Shown in pieces: positions 1 through 9,743 of a DNA stretch of 64,000 nt; within the stretch, counting starts at the first letter, position 1; each line of letters begins with the position of its first letter. Origin of the DNA: an uncultured delta proteobacterium (lineage in GTDB: Bacteria > Desulfobacterota > RBG-13-43-22). Both the position numbers and the translations under genes were made by a program. The stretch is taken from NCBI GenBank assembly GCA_963743305.1, contig CAVUPH010000007.1, positions 192,001 through 256,000 of the forward strand, given 5' to 3'. The notes beneath the pieces are model-generated. The model ran no database searches. It was not told where the DNA came from and saw nothing but the letters and a program-made list of their open reading frames with translations.

Positions 1-87
1 AGAGAACTGGGTTATCAGCCCCGGATAGGGATTGAGGAGGGCTTGCGGTTGACCGCGGAATGGTACAAGAAAGAGGGATACCTGTAA
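1..87 (+). CDS. C-terminal end of a probable NAD-dependent epimerase/dehydratase (partial, enters from the left edge)
   Basis: Frame 1 reads RELGYQPRIGIEEGLRLTAEWYKKEGYL*, a typical C-terminus of extended SDR sugar epimerases; glycosyltransferases follow. Confidence 0.7.
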   Translation, partial: RELGYQPRIGIEEGLRLTAEWYKKEGYL

Positions 88-234
88 TGACAACCTGGCA
101 AAAAGTCCAAAACCCTGTCATTGCGAGCGGACGCGAAGCAATCCCCACCAGGCTTACCGGCTGATTCTTGGGGATTGCTTCGTCGCTTCACTCCTCGCAA
201 TGACAGCGCTGGGGACTTTTTGCGAAACCATCAA
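88..234. repeat. Nested palindromic element: outer GCAAAAAGTCC/GGACTTTTTGC shell around a GTCATTGCGAG...CTCGCAATGAC REP-like hairpin (117-204)
   Basis: Inverted repeats seen directly. The inner unit recurs at 14936, 37264 and 40016; the outer shell recurs at 50531. Confidence 0.85.
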
Positions 235-256
235 TTATGAGGCTGTTAATAATAAG

Positions 257-979
257 ATGTCCTTTCGATCTTCACTCCGGGATAATCCCGATGAGCAGGC
301 CCCGCAGCCGGTGGACGTCGTGGTTCCGGTGCTTAACGAGCGGGAGATGCTCCCCCGTTTTTTGAATCGCCTTCAGTCCTTGGGCTTGCCTTTGAACCTG
401 ATTTTTGTGGATAACGGCTCCACGGACGGGACCCTGGAGTTTCTCGGCGAGCTACCGGGGGTAAAGGTCATCGCCCATGGGCGGAACCTGGGTTACGGAC
501 GCTCCCTGACCGACGGATTGCTGGCCTCGACCTCCGCGCGGGTCATTATCATCGATGCCGATTGTGAATATCCTCCCGAGGCTATTCGGGCCCTTTTGGC
601 TGGTCTGGACCGATTCCCCGTGGTTTACGGGAGCCGTTTTTTGGATGGAAAGCGGATCGCTATGTCCCCCTTCCGCCGCTGGGGCAACCGCGCGTTGACC
701 GGACTTTTTAATGGTCTTTATGGACAGCGGCTTACCGATCTCTACACCGGGATGAAGGCCCTGCGGCGAACAGCCTTTGAGGGGCTGACCTTCACCCGAA
801 ACGGTTTTGAACAGGTGACGGAACTGGCGGCCAAGGTGGCCCTTCAAGGGGTGCGGATCGGTGAGATCTCGGTGGCTTACGCCCCTCGGCAGACCGGCCG
901 CTCCAAGATGCGGCATATCCCCGAATTCCTCAAGGCTGTCCACTGCCTGCTTTATTACCGGGTCGGCCGCCATGGCTGA
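257..979 (+). CDS. Glycosyltransferase family 2 (DPM1/polyprenol-phosphate glycosyltransferase-like)
   Basis: VVVPVLNE, FVDNGSTDGT, IIDAD and VYGSRF motifs. ATG 257 chosen because the ORF start at 200 lies inside the repeat. Confidence 0.88.
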   Translation: MSFRSSLRDNPDEQAPQPVDVVVPVLNEREMLPRFLNRLQSLGLPLNLIFVDNGSTDGTLEFLGELPGVKVIAHGRNLGYGRSLTDGLLASTSARVIIIDADCEYPPEAIRALLAGLDRFPVVYGSRFLDGKRIAMSPFRRWGNRALTGLFNGLYGQRLTDLYTGMKALRRTAFEGLTFTRNGFEQVTELAAKVALQGVRIGEISVAYAPRQTGRSKMRHIPEFLKAVHCLLYYRVGRHG

Positions 980-2411
980 ACGGATCGGTTTGATTCCCGC
1001 CGCCGGTAAAGGCACCCGGGCTTATCCCTATACCAAAAATATCCCCAAAGGCTTGCTTAAGGTTTCGGGTAAACCGTTGCTGGAACACCTGGTGGAATTG
1101 CAGCGGGACCAGATGGGGTGTCGGCAGGTCTATCTGGTGGTGGGTACCGCGGGGCAGCAGATCCGTGATTATTTCGGGGACGGGGAACGCTGGGGGGTCC
1201 GGATCGATTATCTGCAGAACGACCGGGTGGACCGGGGGCTGGCCTACTCCGTTTCCCTGGGGGAACGGGTTATCCGGGAACCTTTTCTGCTGCTGCTCTC
1301 GGACGAATACTATCAGGATACCAACCACGCGCGCTTGGCCGAGATTTCCCTGCAAGAGGAACTGGGCTACTGCGGCCTATTCGAATCGCAGGACTGGGAT
1401 CGAATCCGTCGAAACTACACGGTTACCCTGGAGGAGGATCGCGTCACCCGACTTCTGGAGAAGCCGCGGGATTGGAAAGGCGACCTGCTGGGAACGGGGA
1501 CCTTCCTGCTTTCCCCCAGGATTTTCGGTCACCTGAATCAAGCCTTGGCCGATTCCGCCGTCCCCCCGGATTTTATCGGGGTCCTGGACCAGGCGGTCCG
1601 GACCGGCGAGATCCTCCGCCCGCTGCTGCTCACCGGTCAGTACCTCAACATCAATGACGTGGACAGCCTGAATTGGGCCAATTTTTTGGGGCGCAGCCGG
1701 CAGTTGCCCCAGGCTGGCCTAAGCGTCATCGTCCAGTCTCTGGGAAGAGAGGAGGGACTTCCCCGAGTCGTGAAGGAGTTCAACGATTTGCCACGGGTCA
1801 TGGAAGTCCTGGTGGTGGTGCCTGCCGGAGCCGACCGCCCGTCCTGGGTCGGTTCGCTTTCCAAGGCGCGCTGGGTAGAGGCGCCGCCCGGGATCACGGA
1901 ATACGGCAGCCTGATTGCCTGCGGATTGGATCAGGCCCGGGGGGACATTCTGACGGTGGTGGAGGGGTCTTATTCTTTCTTTCCGGGAGACCTTCCCAAG
2001 TTTCTGGCCTATCTGGCCGATGCCGACCTGGTCCTGGGGACCCGGACCACCCGCCAACTTATCCAACAGGGCAGCCGGATGAAGGGGTTGGTGCGGCTGG
2101 CCCATATTTTTCTGGCCAAGCTGATCGAAATCCTCTGGATCAACCACCGGATCCGTTTGACCGATGTGGGCTGCACCTATCGGGCCCTCTGGCGGCACAG
2201 TTATCTGGATATCCGGGATCGTTTAAAAAGCGCCGGACCGGAATATGTCCTGGAGATGGACCTTGAAACCTTGCGGGCCCGGAAACGCCTGATCGAGGTC
2301 CCGGTCAGCTTTTTACACACCAACGAAGCCCTGGCCGAGCGCTATCAGCGGGCAGGAGTATTTTTCAGAATGCTGCGAACGATTATCCGGAAGCGGCTGG
2401 GTCGGGATTAA
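972..2411 (+). CDS. Fusion of a sugar-phosphate nucleotidyltransferase and a GT2 glycosyltransferase
   Basis: N-terminal GLIPAAGKGTR...PKGLL and LLEKP (NTP transferase); C-terminal DLVLGTRT, LTDVGCTYR and IEVPV (DPM-like GT2). ATG 972 overlaps the end of the upstream gene. Confidence 0.8.
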   Translation: MAERIGLIPAAGKGTRAYPYTKNIPKGLLKVSGKPLLEHLVELQRDQMGCRQVYLVVGTAGQQIRDYFGDGERWGVRIDYLQNDRVDRGLAYSVSLGERVIREPFLLLLSDEYYQDTNHARLAEISLQEELGYCGLFESQDWDRIRRNYTVTLEEDRVTRLLEKPRDWKGDLLGTGTFLLSPRIFGHLNQALADSAVPPDFIGVLDQAVRTGEILRPLLLTGQYLNINDVDSLNWANFLGRSRQLPQAGLSVIVQSLGREEGLPRVVKEFNDLPRVMEVLVVVPAGADRPSWVGSLSKARWVEAPPGITEYGSLIACGLDQARGDILTVVEGSYSFFPGDLPKFLAYLADADLVLGTRTTRQLIQQGSRMKGLVRLAHIFLAKLIEILWINHRIRLTDVGCTYRALWRHSYLDIRDRLKSAGPEYVLEMDLETLRARKRLIEVPVSFLHTNEALAERYQRAGVFFRMLRTIIRKRLGRD

Positions 2412-2555
2412 ATATCTCGAATATTTTCCTGCGGCTTATCGCCGAGGATAACCGCTGTCTGAAAAAGCATTGGCAAAATCCTTTAAACCGATTATGATCG
2501 ATTCTATAATTCCAGGGGAGCATCTCCCCTCAGCGGATGGATAAGGAGACCGGGC

Positions 2556-2840
2556 ATGCTCGAATCGAAAAAAAAGATGTCTCAGTATTATTCCGATTTA
2601 AAATCAGCCCTGGAAAAAGGGAAGGGAGACCCCCCGACGGTCTTTCGGGACTTTGAAAAGGCCAGCCGGGATTTCCTCGGAGAAACCGGCAAAGTGCCCC
2701 GGGAAGTGGGCGACGATTTCCTAGCGCAAGTGGCCCGGCTGGGGGAGAAAATCAAGGCGGGGGACCTCGCCGGGGCCCTGCATGCATACGAGGACTTGAA
2801 AGACAGGAAAAAATCCTGTCATCATGAATACAAAGATTAG
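2556..2840 (+). CDS. Small helical XXXCH-domain protein (cytochrome c'-like C-terminus lacking the first Cys)
   Basis: AAGGAG RBS; ends AGDLAGALHAYEDLKDRKKSCHHEYKD, resembling the XXXCH domain of GAK systems. Confidence 0.65.
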   Translation: MLESKKKMSQYYSDLKSALEKGKGDPPTVFRDFEKASRDFLGETGKVPREVGDDFLAQVARLGEKIKAGDLAGALHAYEDLKDRKKSCHHEYKD

Positions 2841-2882
2841 GGAATAGCGTCATCCAGGAGAAGTACAAACTTTTAAGAATTT

Positions 2883-3305
2883 TTAAGCGATTAAACTAAC
2901 CCGGGTGCCTTTGGAGGGCAGGGCCAAACGGGGATCGGCCTGGCGCCGGTAGGCTTCAATGAAGGTCTGCTGCAAATAAGGAGGGATCTGAAAGTGCGCC
3001 CCCGCGGAAGGGGCCTGGCAAACGGTTTGGATAGGGTGAAGGGGCTCGACCTCTCCGAAGGAAATCCAATCGGGCGATTTGACGTCTACGATAACCGCAT
3101 CGGCTTCCAGGATTCTTAGGTTATTTACTCTAGGGGCCGCTACCTTTGCCCGAAGTTGGCCAGGGAGGAAGTTATAGTGGTAGTAATTCCGATGGGCTGG
3201 TATCGGAAAAAAGGCTACGGGAAGTGATTGGTCGATGGTCACTTCTCTATTCCCCCATGACCGGACCGGATCCTGATTTCCGCCAAGCCGTTCCATAGGC
3301 GTCAA
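2883..3305 (-). pseudogene. Probable C-terminal remnant of an unidentified gene
   Basis: 140-codon ORF with no clear RBS; an upstream hydrophobic stretch (PSYTLLWPPIILPLSLGLFIV) is in a different frame. Confidence 0.3.
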
Positions 3306-3836
3306 GGACTATGAACAGACCAAGAGACAGAGGCAGAATAATGGGTGGCCAAAGGAGTGTATAGGAAGGCAGTTTTGATGTCACTGCCCCAATTCCTCCC
3401 ATTGATGTTCTATTCATGAATAGGCTGATCCAAGAAATCCACTTTTCGCTTATGCAGAAAACCTTTCCTCTTACTATTAATTACCCCCCCTTCTATTGTT
3501 AGGCAATCCCTCGAAAGTAGGGATTTAATCGTTTATTCGCGAATTTGGAAAATAGGTTTGTGAGGCACCGCGCTCTTTTCCCGGTTGAACTGTATTAGGA
3601 AAAAAGGCCTGCTGGCGAAAGGTTGTTAGGGATTTTCAAAAATATCCCCGCTAGCAATTCTAATCTTGCAGATGTCCGGATGAAATGATGCAGAATGGAT
3701 GGCCAGCGTAAAACAAGACTCCGGGAAGCAATCCCAGAAATTCCTCGAAAAATGCACCCTCGCCTAAATTTCAGGATGCCCCCTACTAGTGTTTACTCTG
3801 AGATATTTCCAAAATCAAGGATTGAGGTATAAATGG

Positions 3837-5827
3837 CTACACCTTCTTTTCTAACGCTTTGGCGATCGCCTCGCCAAGCTCCTCGGACCCAAACGGCTTG
3901 CTCAAGAAGGCTTGGGGCCTATGGGCATGGTCTCCGGACATCACCCGAGCCTCGTCATAGCCACTGGCCAGGACTACCGGGATGTCCGGCGCGAGTTTCC
4001 GCAGGGCCGCCAACGTCCCCCAACCGTCCAGACGCGGCATGGACAAGTCAGACAGAACGCAACGGATTTCGTCCTGATGCTGCCGGAAGACCTCCACCGC
4101 CTCGACGCCATCCTCGGTTGCCAGCACAGTATAACCCAGACGGGTGAGCATGATCGTGACTATTTTGCGCAGTTCCGCCTCGTCTTCCACCAGCAGCACC
4201 GTGCCCGCCTGGGCCTGACCCACTGACAGTCCGCCCTCTTGAATTTCCGGGGTTTGAGCCGCTTTTTCCGGCCTGCGGAGGACTTCTTCGGCAGAGAGGG
4301 GCAAAAAGACCCGGAAGATGCTCCCTTGGCCCGGTTCGCTCTCCACGGTGACGACTCCGCAGTGTGCCCGTACCACCCCCAGAACAACGGCCAGTCCCAT
4401 ACCCCGGCTGGTGAATTTGGTGGAGAAAAAAGGGTCGAAGAGCTTTTCGATTGTCTTTTCATCTATCCCACCGCCTGAATCTGCCAATTCCAGGCAGGCA
4501 TAGGCATTGTCCTGCGCTTGCCAGTCGATGGGGAAGCAGTGCAATTTTGGGATGTCTGCCGGTAAAACCGTTTTGACGGTCAGGTGAATGGCGCCCCGGC
4601 TGTCACCCATAGCCTCCCAGGCATTGGTGGTCAGGATGGTCAGCACCTGTTGTATCTGGTCCGCATTCGCGCTTACGGCTGGGCCGGGGAGGGTAACTCG
4701 CTCTCCAAGACCAGATCTTTGGGCAGGACGGCCTGGAGCAAGGGCAGGCTTAAACGGCAGATCTCGGAAAGATCCAAAGGTTCACGCTGGCCGGATGTTT
4801 GTCCGAGGTAAGTCAACAACCACCCGCTTACCTCCGACGCCCGGCGGACGGCCGTCATGGCCTCGGTCAGCATCTCGACAGAACCTCCATGCTGGGGCAG
4901 ATCCATCAGGGCCAATTCCAGGTTTCCCACCACTACTCCGAGCTGGTTATTAAAGTGGTGGGCGATGGCGCCGGCCATGCGGCCCAGGCTTTCGGCCTTC
5001 TCGAGTTGGCGGTTTTGGGCCTCCAGTTCCTCCTTAGCCTCCTCGGCCCGCTTGCGTGCGGTAAGATCTACGATAGCCCCTCTGACTCCCTCCGGAAGGC
5101 CATTATGGTAAATAACACTTGAAATTATCATGGCCGGAAAGATAGATCCATCTAACCTCATTAAAGTATATTCAGTATCTTTTATTTTCTCCCCCATTAA
5201 CAGCTTTTGAATGTTCTGTTTGGATTTTTCAATCTCTTCAGGTGAAAAAAGCCAGGCGCTGAAACCTTTCTTTAAATCCTCTTCCGAACCGCCAAAAGTG
5301 TCACACATGGCTTGGTTAGCAGAAGTAATATTAGCTTCCAAATCCATCTCATAGACCGGGATTGGCAAAAAATCATACAGCACTCGGTACCTTTTCTCGC
5401 TCTCTCGCAGCGCCGCCATCTTAAATTGTAAATTCTTGTTTGCCTCAAAAAGTTCAAATGCCATCTCGATGGACAAACGCAGCACGAAGTCACCGGAATC
5501 CCTGATCACGTACCCGTAGCGGGTGATTTCTTTTACTTGGTCGACATATTCTTTTTCCGAATGGGAAGTGAGAAATATGATGGGAATATTCCTCTTCCTG
5601 AGAATTTGTCTCGCCGTTTCGGGCCCGTCGATTGGCCCCTCGAGATCGATGTCCATGAGGATGAGACCAATCTTTTCATCTTCGATTGCAATTTCCACCG
5701 CCCTCTCGCCGGAGGTCGCGACGATAACCTGATATCCGAAGCTCTCCATCGTCTGCGCCTCATAAATAGCGAGAAAAACCTCGGCTTCAACGAGCAGGAT
5801 GATTTTCTTTTCCTGGTTACTCATCAA
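3837..5827 (-). CDS. Hybrid sensor histidine kinase REC-PAS-HisKA-HATPase-REC, with one frameshift near 4685
   Basis: LMDIDL REC, PAS and AHHFNNQL H-box in ORF 4673-5827; D-SGGG, FFSTK, GMGL and a C-terminal REC in ORF 3837-4646. Adding one base in a C run restores PSPGPAVSANADQIQQVL, matching the paralog near 63840. Confidence 0.85.
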
Positions 5828-6457
5828 TGTTTTCCTGTTTCATAGGAGAACTGTACTTTTGCTCTTCTTCTTTCCATTCTGGAAAAACAATTTCTTCACC
5901 TATCCGAATCCTATTGAAATCCTTAATCGTGGGCCGGAAGTTTTTCCACCGATCGGGAGGAGTGAGGATTTTCATTTCGGAAGAAATCGGGGAGAGGTGA
6001 AGGGGTATGCCTTCTTACCGAACCTATCGAGACCGGCAGAATGGAGGGTCTTTCAGACTCCTTTTCGTTCCGTGGGTTGATCATGGGTACCGAAGGAACA
6101 GCTTGCTTCTCAATGATTTTACTGGTTACTATGCTGTCGATTAAGGCAGTTTCCGAAATTCCCCATTCTCCTACTCCCTCGACGATAAGTTGGCGAAACT
6201 GGAAATTGAGTTTCTTGATTTTGGCTTGAATCGATCAGAAGTATACACCTAATCTGAAATTAGTGAATAGGGGGAAAATAGCTTTTGAGGGCAATGGCCC
6301 GGGGAGAGGAAGCAACAATTTGCGTAAGAAATCTGGCAAGTCGGGCTTAAGTTTAGAAACACCAGTTCAGGAAACGTAATCGACGATGGTTCCACCGGGG
6401 ACTTTTTCAGCGTATTTTTAGCGGCAACCAGGCGCAGAATGACAAAAGGCCCCCTTT

Positions 6458-6503
6458 CCTTTTTTGAGATCCCACGGCCGTTGTCCCGAATCGTCAGTAC
6501 CAA
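6458..6503 (-). pseudogene. Tiny HATPase_c (histidine kinase) fragment
   Basis: LVLTIRDNGRGISKKE is a G1-box motif with no surrounding gene. Confidence 0.4.
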
Positions 6504-6572
6504 ACCCCGACTTCTGATCCCCTAAAAATCTTCAGTTGGTCATGTGCGGGTTTCGCAGGACGTTTTCCTTAT

Positions 6573-6803
6573 GGCGTTGCCGGTGTTATTGTAGAATTCA
6601 TCCCAATGGGTCAGGCTGGAGCCTCCCAGGTAGTAGCTGGGGGCAAAGATTTTAGGGAGCGAGCCGCCGTTGGCCGCGGTGGCCTTGGGGCCGTGGAAAT
6701 AGACGTCACCCCCGGATATCTGCCCCAGCAGTTCCAGGGAGGGATTGGGAAAGAGCAGGGTGTTGATCAACTGCTGCGCGGAGCCGTTATACAGGTAAGT
6801 GTC
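6573..6803 (-). pseudogene. Isolated internal fragment of a secreted peptidase-like protein
   Basis: DTYLYNGSAQQLINTLLFPNPSLELLGQISGGDVYFHGPKATAANGGSLPKIFAPSYYLGGSSLTHWDEFYNNTGNA; coding-like codon use; resembles the yAPs..GSS.sHlDE motif of large extracellular proteins. Confidence 0.45.
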
Positions 6804-7323
6804 GCCGGCCCCTTATCCAAATAAATCCAGGCACCCAGATCATCTTCATTGCGGCTGAATATCTTTTCATCGAACGGCTTTTTTGAAAGGGGGTCCACAA
6901 GAAAACTTCTTTAATTTACAATGGATTTCTCTATCCTGTATTCGGAAAAAAGTCAACAAATTTGGATTCCTTTTTCTGGGCAGTGGGTTTTCAAGAAAGG
7001 CGGGCGGCGAGGCAGGATTATCGTTCAAGCCTTGGCGAAATAATTGCTGGATCTGGCATGGGCACTCAGTCATCAACCGTTCATCTTCCTGTAATCTTTC
7101 CCGGATATAATGGTTGACCTAAAAGGCCCTTCATGGGTGGCTATAGAAAACTTTCAGTAACAAGTTGAATACCATGAAGAATAAGTTTAATCTTTTTTGA
7201 AGATCAATCGCCTAGTCCGGCTGAACCCGAATAATGTCTTGCCTGTAGCCATGGGGGAACCCATTGTTCTCGGGGCAGTATTTATACTTATCGCCTTCAG
7301 GAGAAAGAAGGGGAGCAACCATT

Positions 7324-8706
7324 TTGCAAAAGCGTTTTCTAATTCTGGGTGTGGTCCTGGCGGGTGCCTGCGGCTGTGCCCATTACCAGCCTAAACCACT
7401 CAATTCCCAGCCGACCTTACTGGAACAGGTGCCGCATTTGGTCGTTCCAGCCCAACAGATGCCTTTACCGGAATTGGCGGCCCATCCCTTTAATCCCGAT
7501 GACGGTCTGGATATGACCGAAGTGGCTATAGTAGCCGTGGTCAACAATCCCGATCTGAAAGTGGCGCGGGATGAGCGCGGTATAGCCAGGGCGCAAATGC
7601 TGGCGGCCGGGATTTTGCCCAACCCGCAAATGACGGCCGGGCTAGATTTTCCCGTCAACGGTGATCCGGCCCTGGTGAATGCCTTTAATCTGGGACTGAA
7701 TTACGACCTGAATGCCTTGATCACCCGGAATGCCGCCATTGATGCCGCGCGGGCCGATAGGCTCAAGGTCGATTTGACCGTCCTCTGGCAGGAATGGCAG
7801 GTGGTGCAACAGGCCCGTCTTTTATTTGTAAAAAGCCGGGCGGAAGAAAAAATGAGGCCCATCCTGCAATCGTACCGATCCTTTTTTGCGAACCAGTATG
7901 AGCGCACTCAAAAGGCCCTGGAACGAGGGGACCTGACCCTGGAAACCGCCGGCGCCGATTTAACCGCCTGGCAGGAGGCGGCTACCCGGCTGAATGAACT
8001 GGAACGACAAAGCAGTAAAACCAGCCATGACCTCAAGGCTTTATTGGGATTGGCGCCGACCGTCCAATTGAATCTGACGGGGGAAATGGACTTCTCTGAG
8101 CCGGATTCCTCGAAGATGGCCAACACCCTGTCTCAGTTATCCCAACGCCGTCCAGATCTTTTGGCCCTGCAAGCCGGGTATGCCAGTCAGGAACAGCGTT
8201 TTCGTCAGGCCATCTTAGCCCAGTTCCCGGCCCTGAACATCGGCCTGACACACGCCCGTGATACCAGTGGGATCTATACAGGCGGCTTCGGCATGACGAT
8301 CACCTTACCCATTTTCAATCGTAATCAAGGCAATATCGCCCTAGAGCAGGCTACTCGCCGACGTTTATATGATGAATACCAGGCCCGTTTGAATGAAGCC
8401 TTTTCCCAGGTGGCTCGATTATCGGCCGAATGGAAACTGACGATAAAACAATATGAATCCGCCCGGGGCATTTTGCCCGCACTGGAAGTTTCCGCCAAGC
8501 GTGCTCAAAAGGCCCTGGAAGCCGGCAACCTGGATGGACCGTCTTACACCCGATTTAGGACAGCCTTTCTCAATAAGCAATTAGAGGTCATTACCCTGGA
8601 ACAAACCTTGTTCGAACAACGTATCGCCCTACAGACCCTGCTGGGGAGCGAAATCCCTTTTCCTATTTCTTGGTCTGCAATTAAATTCGACGAAAGGGTC
8701 CGTTAA
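7324..8706 (+). CDS. TolC/CzcC-family outer membrane efflux protein (lipoprotein)
   Basis: Lipobox-like LAGACGC after TTG 7324; NNPDL, RRPDL and TLPIFNRNQG OEP motifs; first gene of the RND operon. Confidence 0.88.
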   Translation: MQKRFLILGVVLAGACGCAHYQPKPLNSQPTLLEQVPHLVVPAQQMPLPELAAHPFNPDDGLDMTEVAIVAVVNNPDLKVARDERGIARAQMLAAGILPNPQMTAGLDFPVNGDPALVNAFNLGLNYDLNALITRNAAIDAARADRLKVDLTVLWQEWQVVQQARLLFVKSRAEEKMRPILQSYRSFFANQYERTQKALERGDLTLETAGADLTAWQEAATRLNELERQSSKTSHDLKALLGLAPTVQLNLTGEMDFSEPDSSKMANTLSQLSQRRPDLLALQAGYASQEQRFRQAILAQFPALNIGLTHARDTSGIYTGGFGMTITLPIFNRNQGNIALEQATRRRLYDEYQARLNEAFSQVARLSAEWKLTIKQYESARGILPALEVSAKRAQKALEAGNLDGPSYTRFRTAFLNKQLEVITLEQTLFEQRIALQTLLGSEIPFPISWSAIKFDERVR

Positions 8707-8707
8707 A

Positions 8708-9743
8708 ATGAAAAAGATGTTTTCTGTTATGGTTGGTCATAATCCTTATTTTAGGGACTTGCAAGGTCGCCTGGCCGGCGGAATCGGTCACGGCCCTCGT
8801 ACAAACCCAGCCCTTAGGCCGACATGATCTTTCCGCCCATTTGTCCTGTTACGGCACAATAACCCTGAATCCGGAGAAGGTCATCAGTCTCAATTTTCCC
8901 CGGGCCGGGCAGATCACGCGTCTTTTGGTCAGCCCAGGGGAAATGGTTAAAAAAGGCCTGCCCCTCCTGGAATTTGAGACTAGCCCTCAGGACAGTGTCG
9001 GTTATGTGCAGGCCCAATCCGCCGTAGAGCTTGCCCGTCACGAATTATCCCGTTTAAAAAGTCTGGCGGCCGAGCAATTAGCCACCCGGTCACAGGTCGC
9101 CCAGGCCCAAAAGACCTTGATTGATGCCGAAGCCGCCTTAGCCGCCCAAATGAAGTTGGGAACGGACAAGAAAAAAGAACTATTGCTCGCCCCCTTTGAC
9201 GGGCTGGTAAATGATTTGAAGGTTGTCCAGGGGGAACGAATCCAAATGGGAACGACGGCCCTGCAACTGGCCCGGACAGATGGATTGCTGGTGGTTCTGG
9301 GCATTGAGCCGGAAGACCGGACCAAGGTCAAACCAGGCCTATTGGTTCAAGTGACTTCGGTATTTGATGGATCCATTCGGGGATCCGGTATGATCCGGAA
9401 AGTCCACGGCCTGATCAACCCGCAGACTAAACTGGTGGACGTCACGGTTGACCTCAAAAATGAGCAGGCAGCCCCTGTAATGCCCGGCATGTCCGTAAGA
9501 GGGGAGATTATTCTCAATCAGTACCGTGGTCCGGCTGTACCGCGGCAGGCCGTTCTTAAGGACAATCAGGGGGCCTATGTTTTTGTGGTCAGAGAGGGTC
9601 TGGCCCATCGCGTTAATGTAAGGACCGACATCGAAAGCAAGGGATTGGTCGGTATCACCGGACCGTTTCGGAATAATGACCGGGTCGTGGTGTTGGGAAA
9701 CTACGAACTAAAAGACGGAATGGCCGTCCGGGAGGGCCGATGA
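8708..9743 (+). CDS. RND efflux periplasmic adaptor (MFP); probable 1-nt indel in the signal peptide
   Basis: GQITRLLVSPGEMVKKG, LLAPFDG and AVPRQAV. ATG 8708 joins the 8733 frame (MKKMFLLWLVIILIL) if one T of a T run is removed. Confidence 0.85.

Noticed and set aside
3500-3530. Possible c-di-GMP-I riboswitch (GGCAATCCCTCGAAAGTAGGGA)
   Set aside because: Only a GAAA-tetraloop hairpin; the following GCAAA junction and second stem are missing, and no gene lies suitably downstream.
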